DNA of 64,000 bases. Source: Podarcis pityusensis. Its lineage: Eukaryota. The DNA is taken from assembly GCA_964106645.2 (NCBI GenBank), contig OZ067041.1, one strand, 5' to 3'. The first letter of the stretch is position 1, and each line of letters begins with the position of its first letter. The position numbers and the translations under genes were made by a program. The notes beneath the pieces are model-generated. The model made no database searches. It worked only from the letters and a program-made list of their open reading frames with translations, and had not been told where the DNA came from. This document shows, piece after piece, positions 12,601 to 25,572 of the stretch.

Positions 12601-15600
12601 AAAACAAAAACAAAAACAAAAACAAAAACAAAAACAAAGCACCCCAACAGTTGAGAGTTGGAAAGGGAAGAGTTCCTTTCAGTTGTTCTTTGTAGGAAGA
12701 ATGGTGATTATCCATCTCACTTTTGCATAAGTCCACTAATGACAGCGGGAGCTTTCTGGAAGCTACATGTTAATGTTGACTAAGTGGGCTGAAAAAAAGA
12801 ATCATATATAAACATGTAGCATAGCTTAAGAGGAACACTATGCATGAATCCCATTAAGAAAGTTGTATTGAAGGCAAAAGGAAGGATATCATTGAATGGA
12901 CCAGACCAGTAGCAGCTGGTGAGGTGGAGCAGCATTGCTCACTCGACTTCCCATGTGGAGGTCACTGCCGATAACAGAGCAGGTGAGGCAGTGGTGACGC
13001 TGGCGTGGTGCAGATGCAGCAGCAGAGCCAGTCCAACACTTCTCCTCCTGCAACCATGCTGACCTCTCTGCCACCTCAACACACCCTTGATTATCGGTAG
13101 CAACCTGTTTTGGGAAGCCAGGTGAGTGACACTCTGCCCCACTAGCTGGTACTGGAACAGACTGCCTTGGAAGGCGGTGGATCCTCCTTTGTTCAGAGTT
13201 TTTTTAAGTGGAGGCCTGAAGGCCATCTACCAGGGATGCTGTGACAATTGTTTGCTGCATTGGCAGGGAGGTGGGCTAAATGGCCTTTGACTTCCAATTC
13301 TGTGAACAGGGATGCTTCCATATGAGCACTTCTTTCTGTGTCCACTCACTTTTTGAATAGGCACCCATGTTGTTATTAACTGTTGCAGTCTAGTATTTGA
13401 TGGGTAAACCTCCCAAGTTTTTGCACCCTCAATTTATAGTGATTATTTTGCAATAAGATGCAGTTGCAGCATCAGCTTGTCCAGGGTGAGCAGGTGAAAT
13501 GCTATTACGGTATTTCGGGGCTCCAGTGCCTTTAAACTGAACACTCTCTCTTTGCAAGTTCAGTCCATTTTATTGATGAACTTTTTATTGCTTTTGATCC
13601 AGGCCTAGGGGCGAGTAGTTAATAAGCCTGCAATAGACCCTATCTAATTCCCCCGGTGTTTGTTTCGCTTTCCAGAATTGCAGCAGGGTGTGGGGCAGAG
13701 TTTTACAGTACAATTGTAACCATGTCAGAAATCAGTCCTATTGAGTGCCATGGGATTTGCTGTCAAGTTAGGATGGTAGACTTACTTACTGATTTCTTCT
13801 CACTTCCTTTTTCTCATTTTTAAATGTTGAAACTTAATGCCATTTTACCGTTTGAAAAAGAAAAGAGAAAACAGTGAGAGGGTATCACCCCCACCACTCT
13901 GGAAAAGAAACGGACATTGCGGAAATTTACAAAGGCTATTTAGATCAGAGCCCAGATCAACAAGCTGAAACTGCAAACAGGAGGCTTGTCATTAGCATCG
14001 GGATGAACCTTCCTGAGTGGAATTTACTTGTAAATAGGCATTGCAAAAGGAACATGGGTGTGGGGAATGGCACTGCTGACTAATGCAGTAGTATATTAAC
14101 AACAGCTGTGCAGAGTCTCTGAACTTTGCAATGTAGTTCTCCAACCAAAGAATGTGAATATGAACGTATTAGATGGAAGTGTTCAATTCTATATTTATAA
14201 AAGGTATCCTGTTAGGAGGAAATTGCTTACAGAAATGTATATTAGCCGACACTGCATGTAAAAATGTGTTTATTAGGATAAATTTGCATGAAAATGCTGA
14301 TGGTTTTTTGTGAGAATTAAAAAATCCCACATTGCTGCAGAAATGTCGAGCACTGAATTTAAGATTTGAAAAATGGATAAAATGAGAGAACAAGCTGACA
14401 GATTTGTCCATCACTAGCTACCAGTCAGTGTCTGGAATTCTGAACTAAATGGACCAATGGTCTGAGGCAGTGTCCTACGTTCCTAGGTTTTCATTTTCAG
14501 TCTTTTAATAATGGTGGATTAGTAAAAAGGTCCCTACAATTTCTAAGGAAACTGGGAATAGACAGATAGCGAAGCCACACATCTGCATTCTGCAGATGCA
14601 TCATTGTTGAAGTAAGTTTGCATATCAAGAATAACCCTTGAGTGAACCAATCATTCCTCACGTCAGTGGGACTTACGCAACTGAAACAACAATCGCTACC
14701 GTCTCTGAGACCAAGGGTGCTCCAGTGCTTACGACTGTGATGCTGTACACAACACTTACCTCATTTAATTTAAATTAATGGGACTTGCTTCTGAGTATTA
14801 GTGAATAGACTTGCACTGCTGGCAACATAAAACATTTCAGATTCATGCAGGGATCAGCCTCTAATTATCCTTTCTTTTTATTTTAAACCAGGGAAGTAGT
14901 GTGAATCTTGTGACAGCAGATTGTGTGTCTCCTCTCCACGAAGCTTGCTTAGGGGGACATTCTGCCTGTGCCAGTGTCTTGTTAAAACACGGGGCCAATG
15001 TGAGTAACTTGAAGATGTCTGGGATTTGGGTGCATGCAGAAATAAGATGCCCTGATAGCTCAAGAAAGTGAGCCATGCCAATGATGACACACACAAACAC
15101 TCGGCACTACTTTCTCATTGTCGCTGACCAATCTGTGGTTGGGAAAAAATCCTTCCCAATCACTGCCAGGACAATCTATTAAGAATAGAATAAATATTCT
15201 AGAATTGCATATGCTTTGTGCAAGGTTGCTGCTGACTGATTGCAGTAATTTGTTTATAGAAAACAAGGCCAGGGGCTGGAATCTCTCTGAAAGTCATTGC
15301 CCCTGATCTTGGCTGGATGGGAACAGGGTGTGAGCAAACCACATTCTGATAATGCTCCAAACATTCTTAGGACTGTGTCTTAGCACTGAAAACAGCAAGA
15401 AGGTCTCAAATTGAAAGCTAGGTGGCATATGCTTATTTCTGGCTGACGAAAATGTCACGCTTAATGCCAACAAAATGACTTATGGTAGGGTGGTTAGTAA
15501 ATATTCATTTGCATGGCTGTTTTCCCAATGCTTGTTCCACTGCTTTAGGCAACATCTACATTGCTGGCTCTTTTCCTTTCAGGTGAACATGGCTACCATT

Positions 15601-16818
15601 GACTGGAACACCCCTTTGTTCAATGCTTGTGTCAGTGGCAGTGTAGACTGCTTGAACCTGTTACTGCAGCATGGAGCCAGCCCCCATGCCGTGTGCGATC
15701 TGGCATCACCTATCCACGAAGCTGCTAAGCGAGGTAAATGTCAGCAGATGTGCCTTTACGCCAACACAATCTTTGCATCCATTGTTTCATTTTATTTTGT
15801 TTTTTTCTTTTCTTTTTTGTTTCTTTATCCATTGTTTCATTTAAATGCATGGGTTGCATATAAACTCAAAACCACCTGTGATGTGTATGTATGTTTAATC
15901 AAACCACGGTTTATGCAGCAGGTTTGTTTTTACTAACCAGCATCAACCACAGTGCAGGGTTTGGGTGACACGCCTAACTGCAGTTAATCTGAAACAGAAA
16001 GTGATTCCAATCACTACCTCACAGATGCACCAAAGGAGGGAGGGGAGGGTGCAAGTCCTGGAAGAGAGTAGCCTTATTACCATAATGATAAACCATGGTT
16101 TAGTGTTATCACTGAGCACAACTTCTATCACACTGGCTTTCTAAGAGGGCTAGCCCTGTTTTCTTGGGGTGGTTAGGAAATAAGATAATGCGGGAAACAA
16201 TGTTTGTTTGAATTTCATTGTGCAGAAGCAGCAACCGTCAATCCCACCAAATAGGTTCATTAAAATTTGGCAGAAAAAGAAACCTTATTGTTAGAGACAA
16301 AGAGAGTGGATGAAACTGGAAATTTTTTGAAAAGACAGCAAAGCCTTGCTGATTTCTATCATGGCTACAATGTTTTAGTCATCAGGTTGGTTTTGATACG
16401 ACTTATAAACTGCCTGTAATCCTTTAAGGTCATACCAAATGTGTGGAAGCCCTTGTATCCCACGGAGTCAATATTGATCACAACATAAAGCATCTTGGTA
16501 CTCCACTATACGTCGCTTGTGAGAGCCAGCAAGAGGACTGTGTCAAAAAATTACTTGAGTCAGGTAATTTTTAAAATGTTATATCCTGCATCAGGGGTAG
16601 GCAACATGGTGGACTACAGCTCCAGTTATCCATGACCTTTGGCCACACTGGCTGGGGCTGTTGGGAATTGTAGTTTAAAACATCTGGAGAGCACCATGTT
16701 GGCTACCCTTCATTTGTAAGCCAAGAGCAAACTCTCTCTTCAAAGATGGATCCTTATGAAGCCAAAATGACATCATCCACACACAAAAGAAAGGTTATGA
16801 GCCAGCCTGAGGAGATCT

Positions 16819-16851
<33 letters not shown>

Positions 16852-19800
16852 TGCTGCCCATCTGACTGGGCAGCTCCCAACAAAATACTAAAAACACAAT
16901 AAAACATCAACCACTAAAAACTTCCCTGAACAGGGCTGCCTTCAGGTGTCTTCTAAAAGTTAAATAGTTGTTTATTAGTTTATCTGCTTGACATCTGATG
17001 GGAGGGCGTTCCGCAGGGTGAATTCCACTATCAAGAAGGTCCTCTGCCTGGACTTCTCAGTATCTGGGTTGGATGATGAAGGTGGAGTCGCTCCTTCAGG
17101 TATACAGGTATATAATAGTTTTTAGAAAACCTAAGTAGAGGGAGGGAATTCCAAAAACAGCAAGGGAAGAATGAATCCCCACCCCCAAAAGGGAAATAAC
17201 AGTGATGCAAGAATTTTGCCTGCAGAATTTTTAAGGTGTTAACAGATCCCAGGGTATCTCTTTGGACAGCAGCCACTGAAATAAATAAGCTCATATTTTA
17301 ACAAGTTAGATCCACCACAACAAGGTTCTCCTTACTCAGAGGGGGCTGTGGCCGATGTAAACACAAAACCACCAACGCCCCTTCTTGAACCTGTCCACCC
17401 CATCATGGCAATACAGGAAGCTCCCTTATATGAACCAAATCTTTTGTCTATCTAGCTCTATTTGTCTCAGTATAGATGGGCAGTGGTCGGGGTTTCAGTC
17501 AGATGCCTCCCAACCCGATGAGGAGATGCTGGGGACCGAACCTGGGACCTTTACCATGAGAAGCCTACTGAGCCACAGTCTCTCCTCAGATCAGGAGTAC
17601 ATAGGGTATTCTTCTCCTTGCGCTGATTGCATTAAAATTGCAAATTTACTTAAGGCCACTAGGAACATACCATACCCTTATAGCAGGGGTGAGAAGCCTG
17701 CTGAACTCCAAATCCTATCAGCCCCAACCAGCATGGCCAGTGATCAGGAATAATGGAAGTTCTAGTCTAGCATCCCCCCCCCCCTCTCTCTCTCTCTCTC
17801 TCTGTGTGTCTGTCTGTCTGTCTGTCTGTCCCCTTGTGGTGGTGGGGAGTGCACAGGTTCCTGTCTCACAGTAGAATAACAGATACAGTCAAACCTTGGT
17901 TGTCAAACGTAATCCATTCTGGAAGACCGTTTGACTTCTGAAATATTTGGCAACCGAGGCACGGCTTCTGATTGGTTGCAAGAGCTTCTTGAACTCAAGC
18001 GGAAGCCGCGCCGGACGTTTGAGTTGCCGAACTGAGAGATTCACACCTAATGAAACCAGAGTGAGTACCTCAGTTTGGCTAAACTGTAACAAATTTTGCG
18101 CAGACAGAAGTGAACTTGCCTTGCAGCTTTCTACAGTTTGCTCTGTGTTCTCTTGCCAACTCAAACACCTGCCTGAGACAACCTACGTGGGTTGAAATAT
18201 TTGCTTGTTAGGTTAATTGTCAAGAACACTGGGACCTGTACTGTGCAAAGGCATCAGTCATTCTTTGTGAACATCCCTGAATCCTTTCATGCGTGTTCAG
18301 TTTCCACGTTGCTTTGGCTGCAGGCCAAAGTCCGTGAACAGGCTTGAAGCCAGTTGAAATTTAAACTAAAAAACCCCCAACAACTAATGTGCATATATAG
18401 GAGGAGATTGTATGAGCCTTAAATGATCCTTAAACTGACCAGAGGTAATAAAGAATATGGGGAACTGCAGCTTTTGCTAGTTTTAACTTTTTCCTTTCCT
18501 TTTCTCCCTCCAGGAGCGAGTGCAAATACTGGGAAAGGACTGAATTCCCCTCTCCACATGGCTGCTCAGACCTCCAATGCTAACTTAGTGCATTTACTTA
18601 TTGAGTTTGGAGCAGACATCGGGGCTGTGAATGCCGAGGGCAAAAAGCCAACAGACCTGGTTCCTCCAAACAACACGCTAGTGCAGACATTGCTGCAGAG
18701 AGAAGGTGCCTATTAATCTTGGTTTCATTCAAATTCAAAGTATTTAAGGGTGCTGAATCAAGCTTTGAAAAGGACACACTCTCTTTCTCTTTCTCTCTCT
18801 CTTTCTCTCTCTCTTCTCCCACCACATTGTTAATTATACTTGTTAATCTGAGCTAAATAATAAAAAAACCTTGCAGATAACTCGACTTGGTTACAACAAC
18901 TTATGCTACAATGTGACCCTGAAGTTATGTTAGGGAGTACACATGGCGATAGTTACGCATTCAAGGGCATCTTTGTAGGATCCAGGTCTCAGAAGAAAGG
19001 AGAACTGTGTGTTCTTGTAACTCTGAAACCTTGGTTTTTATCCTTGTTACACTTTGCGATTTTTGTTCAAAGACTAGTATCCACGCCCGGATTTCTTGGT
19101 ATGAAACAGAAATAAGTTGGGTGGGAAAGTGCTCCAAGAAGGGGAAAAAGCCTTGTAGGATGTACCGCCAATATGCATCATCTGGTGTGACAATAGCATG
19201 TGAATGCTTTGATAGCAAGTTCCCTTCTGTTATGCACTTCTTTTCAGCAAATTTATACCCATCAAAATAGACTCGATTTTCTTGTGCATATGTGGTTCAT
19301 TATTATTATTATTATTATTATTTGATACTATTTGTTGCATTGAAAGAATACAGCAGATAGTATAAAAGAAAAACACACCAGTGGGACTGTATTGTTTCAG
19401 ATCTGTAAGCAAATTTGGGGACCCTCCTTATCACACAAAATTAATATTTCCTTTTGCATATTTCCTGATGAGCATAAAACTAATTCATATTGATCGTGCT
19501 TGTTATGTTTTCCAGGATAGGAGACTGTAAACTCAGTCTGACTCTTTATGCAAATATTTATATCTACGTCTACACACTTAGACACACATATTCACTTAGA
19601 TCAAAATGTTATATACAGACACTAGGGGATATGCATTGTATGATATAAATCAGGCATAGGCAAACTCGGCCCTCCAGAAGTTTTGGGACTACAACTCCCA
19701 TAATCCCTGACCATTGGTCCTGTTAGCTAGGGATGATGGGAGTTGTAGTCCCAAAACATCTGGAGGGCCGAGTTTGCCTATGCCTGATATAAATGATGGT

Positions 19801-22354
19801 GGGTTGGTGTTTTTTTGTAATGTTAGTGTAAATGTCTCATATGAAGCCATAGAAGGTTTGCTGTATAGGCCTGATGTACTACAGTAGACTATTCCTGCCA
19901 ACATAGTTGCATCTGTGTGGAATCATTTCAAGGGATAAATAAAAGATGAAATATGTATATAGCCTAACTCTTGCTATCTATGTATAGTTATTATACTATT
20001 GTGAAATGTTTTGAAGGCCGCAAGTATGAATCTCACTGAGGAAAGGCTTTTAAAAGCTCTGTTGCCATATTTAATTACCATGTTTTGTAAGAAAATACGA
20101 CGTTCATCTTGCAATTGGCAGATAAATAACATAGCTGCTAATGAGAGCTAAATAGTGGATATGAATGACTGTGCTCAGCTCCGTTAAATCATAATGAGAT
20201 GTTTGACTTCAGTGTGGCAGCTCTAACATTTCTGTTGCAACACACATCATTCATTCAAACAAACAAACGAGCATCGTTGTTTTCCACGTATGATCTTGGA
20301 TAGAGTTGGTTTTCCTCTGGGTTATCACAAACTGGCACAATAAGAAACCAGTTATTGGATGATATGACATTCCATCTAGAATTAGTGATATAATATATAC
20401 TAAGCATTTTGAACATTTGAAATGGGCTGTACCAGGGCTGGATTTAGGTTTGATGAGGCCCTAAGCTACTGAAGGTAACGGGGCCCTTTATATGTCCAGC
20501 TGTCCTTTGTCAACAACGAATTGTCGCTGTTTTTTGTGTTGAATATATGCTATAGGTAATTTATAGACCAAAAAGTATCTAAAGCCATTTGCTCATGACA
20601 AAATATGCATTTTATCAAAGTAATTGTTGAACTGAAATACAATTAAGAAGTATATTAATAGTGAAATAAAATTAAGAAGTAGTATATTAATAGTGAATTA
20701 ATTGTTAAGTTCTAACTTAAAATGATTTTTTTATTCACAACAAACTTAATAATGCAAACACATTGACATATATTTTGGAAATGTACATTCAGGTTTTTTT
20801 CCTTTAAATTTTTTTGGGGCCCCCAAGAGAGTGGAGCCCTAAGCTATAGCTTGGTTAGCTTATATGTAAATCCGGCACTGGGCTGTATGTAAATAAGTAT
20901 TTTGATGACTTTTTAAAAAAAAAATCATTGGAAAATCTCTATACTGTGCTCACATCCAGATATTATACTCTATGTAGTCCTTGAGGCTGGAAAGGCAATT
21001 TCCCCTGTTAGCACTGGATCATGGTCCCAGAGGAGAGTTTCCCCTTCTCTGCCTGCTGTTCATTTACTTGAGCGACCTAGAGATCTGTATTCTGCTTGTA
21101 CTCTTGCGTAATGTTTTGCTCCATGCTTGAAATCCATTGTGACACGGTTTGTGCCTGCTACTCTATGAAGGTTGTCAGGGCCGAGAGAGATAACTTTTTG
21201 TTCCCATCAAATTCATTTTTTGACCTTATATCAGAGGGGAGACCCCCGCAACCACTAATGTAGCTGAGGGGATAAATTTAGGTTTTTTTGCTGACAAAAG
21301 CTGCTGCCACACTGAGCATCTGCTCTGCATGATATCGTGATAATCCTTCCATTTTTCCCCGTGTTCAGCTTTGAGGTTGTTCCCCCCCCCAACAAAAGTT
21401 CAGAAAATCTTACTCTTTTAACCCAATTAACTTCCTGTGTATTTTCCCCAGGAGATCTGTTGTTCAGTTATTCAATTGCCTTCCTGGGTGGTTTTGAGCT
21501 GTGTAGAACTTGCACTAGCAACTTCCTGTTCTATAGACTATCTCGCCTGTCTAGAAATCAGCACTATCACTCTGACCTTCTCCTTTGTATCTATTTTTCT
21601 CTCTCCCTCCACCCTGCCCTGCAGTTTCAGCAAGGGGAGAAAAGGATTGCAAATTCATTGAGGTAAAGGCAGTATTTAACTCTTTTCCACAGATAATGGT
21701 CAAGGATGAAATCCCACTACTATCACCATTTGGGGCTGGAGAAAGTAGAATGGCCCACTTAGCTAAAATCAATGGTATTCCAGAAGACTGCTATTTCACT
21801 TTCATCTTAAAGCCGTATGGCAATAATTGGTTGCTGCAAATTCCCCCCCCCCCCCCAAGATTATAGACCCAAAGATTACAGACAATCAAATCTATTTTTA
21901 TATTATTCCATTGCCCATTTAGCAGTAGCCTTCGTAATACAGTCAGTTGCTTTGTTTGTCTTTGTTTCAGCCCATATTTCTCTTATGCAGTAATTTGCTT
22001 TTGACCTTGAACAATATATCTCAATTTGGAAAAAGTCAAACACAAGAATTTCTTGAAGCTTTCAGGTGCACTGTGAGAGTAGAGAACTCAAAGCTGTTTT
22101 GTTTCAGTGCAGCTGCTTCGGGTCTCAGAAAAGCTGACCTTGTGATGCAGCTGCAGACGGTGTTTTGTGGGAAAGTGTTATGAAATCAATAATACCTTGC
22201 TTGTATCTTTGGCCTCTTTCCCTCTCCAGGGCCCTTCTCCTTGATGCAGTTGTGCCGCCTTTGCATACGGAAGTCCTTGAGATACAAACAGCGACAGAGA
22301 ATGAGTGAACTTGTGCTACCAGATGAGCTGAAACGGTTTCTGTTGTACCTTTAA
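6584..22354 (+). CDS. ASB9: Ankyrin repeat and SOCS box protein 9, spliced CDS join(6584..6677,12351..12430,14892..14999,15583..15733,16429..16563,18514..18705,22230..22354), 294 aa
   Basis: Exon lengths 94+80+108+151+135+192+125 = 885 nt give one open frame with compatible phases and GT-AG introns. The translation has ankyrin repeats (DWSPLHDASIHG, SPLHEACLGGH, TPLFNACVSGS, SPIHEAAKRGH, TPLYVACESQ, SPLHMAAQ) and a C-terminal SOCS box. It is colinear with recalled human ASB9 (294 aa; LMGD..SDWSP, DWxTPLFNACVSGS, SLMQLCRLxIRK). Confidence 0.95.
7614..7864. mobile_element. Tc1/mariner (Tigger-like) MITE nested in an older MITE (about 7581-8135)
   Basis: TIRs CAGTGGTACCTTGGTTGTC / GACAACCAAGGTACCACTG with a TA TSD. 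A partial relative lies near 17886-18030. Confidence 0.85.
10308..10657 (-). mobile_element. Sauria SINE, full length
   Basis: Highly similar to the copies at 39349 and 62633; 15-bp TSD TATTCTAATGTTAAA at 10293-10307 and 10658-10672. Confidence 0.93.
12351..12430 (+). CDS. ASB9: ASB9 coding exon 2 (DFVSDWSPLHDASIHGRLLALKKLIHQ)
   Basis: Pyrimidine tract and TGCAG acceptor; donor CAG|GTACTG; first ankyrin repeat. Confidence 0.95.
14892..14999 (+). CDS. ASB9: ASB9 coding exon 3 (GSSVNLVTADCVSPLHEACLGGHSACASVLLKHGAN)
   Basis: TTTTAAACCAG acceptor; GTGAGT donor; ankyrin motif SPLHEAC. Confidence 0.95.
15583..15733 (+). CDS. ASB9: ASB9 coding exon 4 (VNMATIDWNTPLFNACVSGS...SPIHEAAKR)
   Basis: TTTTCCTTTCAG acceptor; G|GTAAAT donor; lies inside the track ORF 15475..15936. 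Confidence 0.96.
16429..16563 (+). CDS. ASB9: ASB9 coding exon 5 (GHTKCVEALVSHGVNIDHNIKHLGTPLYVACESQQEDCVKKLLES)
   Basis: CCTTTAAG acceptor; CAG|GTAATT donor; ankyrin motif. Confidence 0.95.
16821..17055 (-). mobile_element. L2-type LINE 3' end with (AAT)n tail
   Basis: Same family as 1168-1471, with internal deletions. Confidence 0.7.
18514..18705 (+). CDS. ASB9: ASB9 coding exon 6 (GASANTGKGLNSPLHMAAQ...LLQRE)
   Basis: Long pyrimidine tract and CAG acceptor; weak donor AAG|GTGCCT; lies inside the track ORF 18423..18716. Confidence 0.95.
19651..19786. mobile_element. hAT-type palindromic MITE, young copy
   Basis: Long, near-perfect TIRs starting CAGGCATAGGCAAACTCGGCCCTCCAGA; perfect 8-bp TSD ATATAAAT. 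Older relatives lie near 9245, 16591, 31695, 33860 and 50500. Confidence 0.9.
20433..20880. mobile_element. Non-autonomous hAT element
   Basis: TIRs CAGGGCTGGATTTA / TAAATCCGGCACTG; 8-bp TSD GGCTGTAC/GGCTGTAT; a second copy lies at 57692. Confidence 0.88.
22230..22354 (+). CDS. ASB9: ASB9 coding exon 7, SOCS box (GPFSLMQLCRLCIRKSLRYKQRQRMSELVLPDELKRFLLYL*)
   Basis: CTCTCCAG acceptor; BC-box SLMQLCRLCI; Cul5-box-like LVLPDELKRFL; TAA at 22352-22354. Confidence 0.95.
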
Positions 22355-22378
22355 GTGTTTTGTTTTGCCTCATGGGTT

Positions 22379-22384
22379 ATTAAA
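22379..22384 (+). terminator. Candidate ASB9 polyadenylation signal ATTAAA
   Basis: Common variant hexamer 24 nt after the stop codon, followed by GT/T-rich sequence. Confidence 0.4.
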
Positions 22385-22407
22385 GTGTTGTTTCTTATCC
22401 AGGCATA

Positions 22408-22670
22408 TTTGTTGTTGACAGCTGTCTGTCTCAAGAGACAATGGAGTGTGCCTCCAGGGGTGAAGTCAAACCGCTGTATTAGCAGCACCAAAGTGACCTC
22501 CCCGGGACGTAAGCCTGGGCAGTATGTGTGGAAGGCCTGGGCTGCAGAGACAACAAGACCCTCCTCTTGGCCTCGCTGGTGTGGTCCAAAGGAAAGCAGC
22601 TTGGCTGCAGGAGTTGCCAGAAAGAGGCATAGAAGGCACCATCCAACCTTAGGGACTCGACTCTGGATCT
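22408..22670. mobile_element. Interspersed repeat, possibly an RTE-type LINE end, truncated by the gap
   Basis: Abrupt GC-rich block starting with (TTG)n and running into the Ns; family assignment is from recollection only. Confidence 0.4.
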
Positions 22671-22851
22671 NNNNNNNNNNNNNNNNNNNNNNNNNNNNNN
22701 NNNNNNNNNNNNNNNNNNNNNNNNNNNNNNNNNNNNNNNNNNNNNNNNNNNNNNNNNNNNNNNNNNNNNNNNNNNNNNNNNNNNNNNNNNNNNNNNNNNN
22801 NNNNNNNNNNNNNNNNNNNNNNNNNNNNNNNNNNNNNNNNNNNNNNNNNNN
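22671..22851. other. Assembly gap (181 N)
   Basis: Run of N. Confidence 1.
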
Positions 22852-24814
22852 ATCCTTGTCAACCTATGTACTGAACAAGTAAAAACCCCAGACTGTAGCA
22901 TTTAAAACACTTCACTAAGCAACTGGTATTTAATAACACTGTACAGTTATTATATGAGCCAAGGGTGGGGAACCTTAGACCCAGACACCAAATGTGGCCC
23001 AATCCAGATGTCTCAGTCTGACCCTCAGGACTCTCCCCAGGCCACAGCTCTTCCTCAGAGACACCCCTTAGTTGTCCTACAATGCATCCTCCACAAAAAT
23101 TTACACCTGGCTGGAATGTCTCCTTGAACTGTGATAAGGCATATTGCTTGTCTGGTATTGAGGTATTTGGTGTGTGTGTGTGTGTGTGTGTATAAACATC
23201 TGATTTTTACATAGTTCAGATGTCACCTACTGTACAAAGGTAAGATTCTCACCTGTTGCTCCACCCACTGTTGGCCTCTGGTCATGCCCACAATCAACAT
23301 ATGGCCCGGGAAAGGTTGTCCACAAGGACATTTGGCTGTCAGGCTGAAAAAGGTTCTTCCTCATCCCTGAAAAGGTCTTAGTCACTCCCTCTCTAAATGA
23401 AGAGAAATTGGTCAATTCCCTCCGCTTTGAATCAAATAATGAAAGATAAATTTGCTTTGAAACTTGTAAGGAAAACGTACACATAGCAGTACATGTACCA
23501 AAATGAGCAGGCTTATTTTCATACATCGGTTCTGATCCAACTAAAGTTAACAATGGTTAAGTTCTTTTGAAGCCAATGAAGCATATTACTAGTGACAAAT
23601 ACAAATTTCTGGTCTTAAATAAGCCTACTAGGGGGTAAGCCTCCTTAAACACAGTGGGTCTTACTTCCAAGTAAACATGCATAAGATTGCACTGCGCACC
23701 TCTGCTTTCAGTGGAGCTTGTACATGACTAACTCTTAACTGGATTGTGGCCACCATTTGAGGATCAGGGTGCCAGTTCCCTGAAAATTCCAGCCACCTAT
23801 TTTCTCATGTAATTTTTATCTCTGACATTTTGAGAAAACAGCTCTTGCTTGTACCGTGTTTTTTTCAGGCTGGTGCACTGTGTCTTCCAGACTAGGCTAC
23901 ATGCATCAAACTGTCAGGGTGGTGAGTTAAACCATGTGAAAGGGTGTTGCAATTGATGTTGCCCAGTGTGGTGCAGGATGTCACTGAGCAATCTTTACCT
24001 AGGATAGTGATAAAAGGGAATTAATTTGGTAAGCAACAATTGCGCACAGCATCAATTGACTGGATCCTCTTCAGTCAGTGGGATTGCAAAGTTGTCAATG
24101 GGAAAGTTCTCCCCACGGGAAGTGCAGTGCTGTTATGAACGAGTCACAAAAATGTGAAAAGGGGTATTTTGAATATTTCAAGGCTCGCTGTTTCTCAACA
24201 AAATAGGCGCTGGCCCATTTGGAAAACAACACCTGAAATCTGTATTAGGTTCGCAGCTCTGTTAGGCCAACCAAAATGCCACGAAAAGTGGAGGCAAGCT
24301 CTTGAGGTCTCCAGAACTCTTAACCAGGCTAGATTAGCCTTCTTTGACCCAGTGCCATTCAGTGGGACTGCTAAATTCTCTGATAGGTTGGAGTGCACTG
24401 CTCAAGCCTCGTTTGGGTCCATGGGAAGCCCCCCTCTCCCAGAGAGATGCCTAATCCCTTGGTCTCAGGTTTGACACCCACATTGGGCAAAATATTCCTG
24501 CAGGGGGCTGGACTACGTGACCCTCGTCCTTTCCAACTCTTCAGTTCTATGATTCTATAAGCCCTGTCTGTGGTCAGGAAGAGGAGCAATCCAATAAGCA
24601 GACCACCTGTGTCCACAAAGAAGGAAATAATAGGTAAAGGTAAGACAAAATCCCCATTTTTCTACATGCCTGGACCCACTTGCAGTATATTCAATATGAC
24701 TTCAAATCGTTCTAAATAGAAATCAATTGATGTTTTGCTATTGATTTTAACACAAGCAGGCTTTGGTTCTTACTTGGGAGGCTTCTAGATGGTGCTTAGA
24801 AAAACTGGGACTTA

Positions 24815-25572
24815 TGTTGGAAATGTAAGGAAACTGAAGGAACATTCTTTCACCTTCTGGGAAGTGATTTACAATGAGTTAAAAAAGGTATTTAAATATA
24901 CCTTCCTTAAGAAACCAGAGGCCTTCCTTCTGGGCATCGTGGGCCAAGGGGTGTTAAAGAAAGATCAAACTTTTTTTATGTACGCAACAACAGCAGCAAG
25001 AATACTCATCGCAAAGTAATGGAAAACCCAAGATTTACCCACACTGGAAGAATGGCAGATGCAACTGATAGAATACATGGAGCTGGCTGAAATGACCGGC
25101 AGGATTCGAGACCTGGGAGAAGAGATGGTGGAAGAGGACTGGAAAAAATTTAAGGACTATCTACTACAAAAACACTATAAGTTGTATGAATGTTAGGAGA
25201 ATGCACGATTGAATGAAATATGGCTGCAGTAATCTTATTGTAAGACATATGAAAATAAATGAAAAGGACGTAATTTGGAGTAACACTATTGGAAATTTAT
25301 ATAATAAGAATGGAAATAAGGTAACAAATTGCTGCATGTAATGATAAGATTGAGAACGCAGGGAAGGGAGATGTGAGGAAGTCTGAAGATTATGAAACTA
25401 TGATTGGTGAACAACATTTACTTTAATCTGTATCTTTTGTTCTTTTCTATTTTTTCTTTTCTTTATGTTAATTCTATTTTATATTCTTGTATGTTATATG
25501 GTGACGGTAATCTGTATGTTTGGTGTTTCTTAAAAAAAAAAAAATTCCAATAAATATCTTATAAAAAGAAAA
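24815..25572 (+). mobile_element. 5'-truncated LINE-1 (ORF2 C-terminus, 3'UTR and A tail)
   Basis: Encodes CWKCKETEGTFFH and, after a frameshift, FWEVIYNELKK..PEAFLLG..TAARILIAK*WK..PTLEEW. AATAAA at 25549-25554; perfect 17-bp TSD AGAAAAACTGGGACTTA at 24798-24814 and 25573-25589; TT/AGAA endonuclease site. Confidence 0.92.

Noticed and set aside
22355-22901. 175-aa and 140-aa ORFs
   Set aside because: They stay open only by crossing the N gap.
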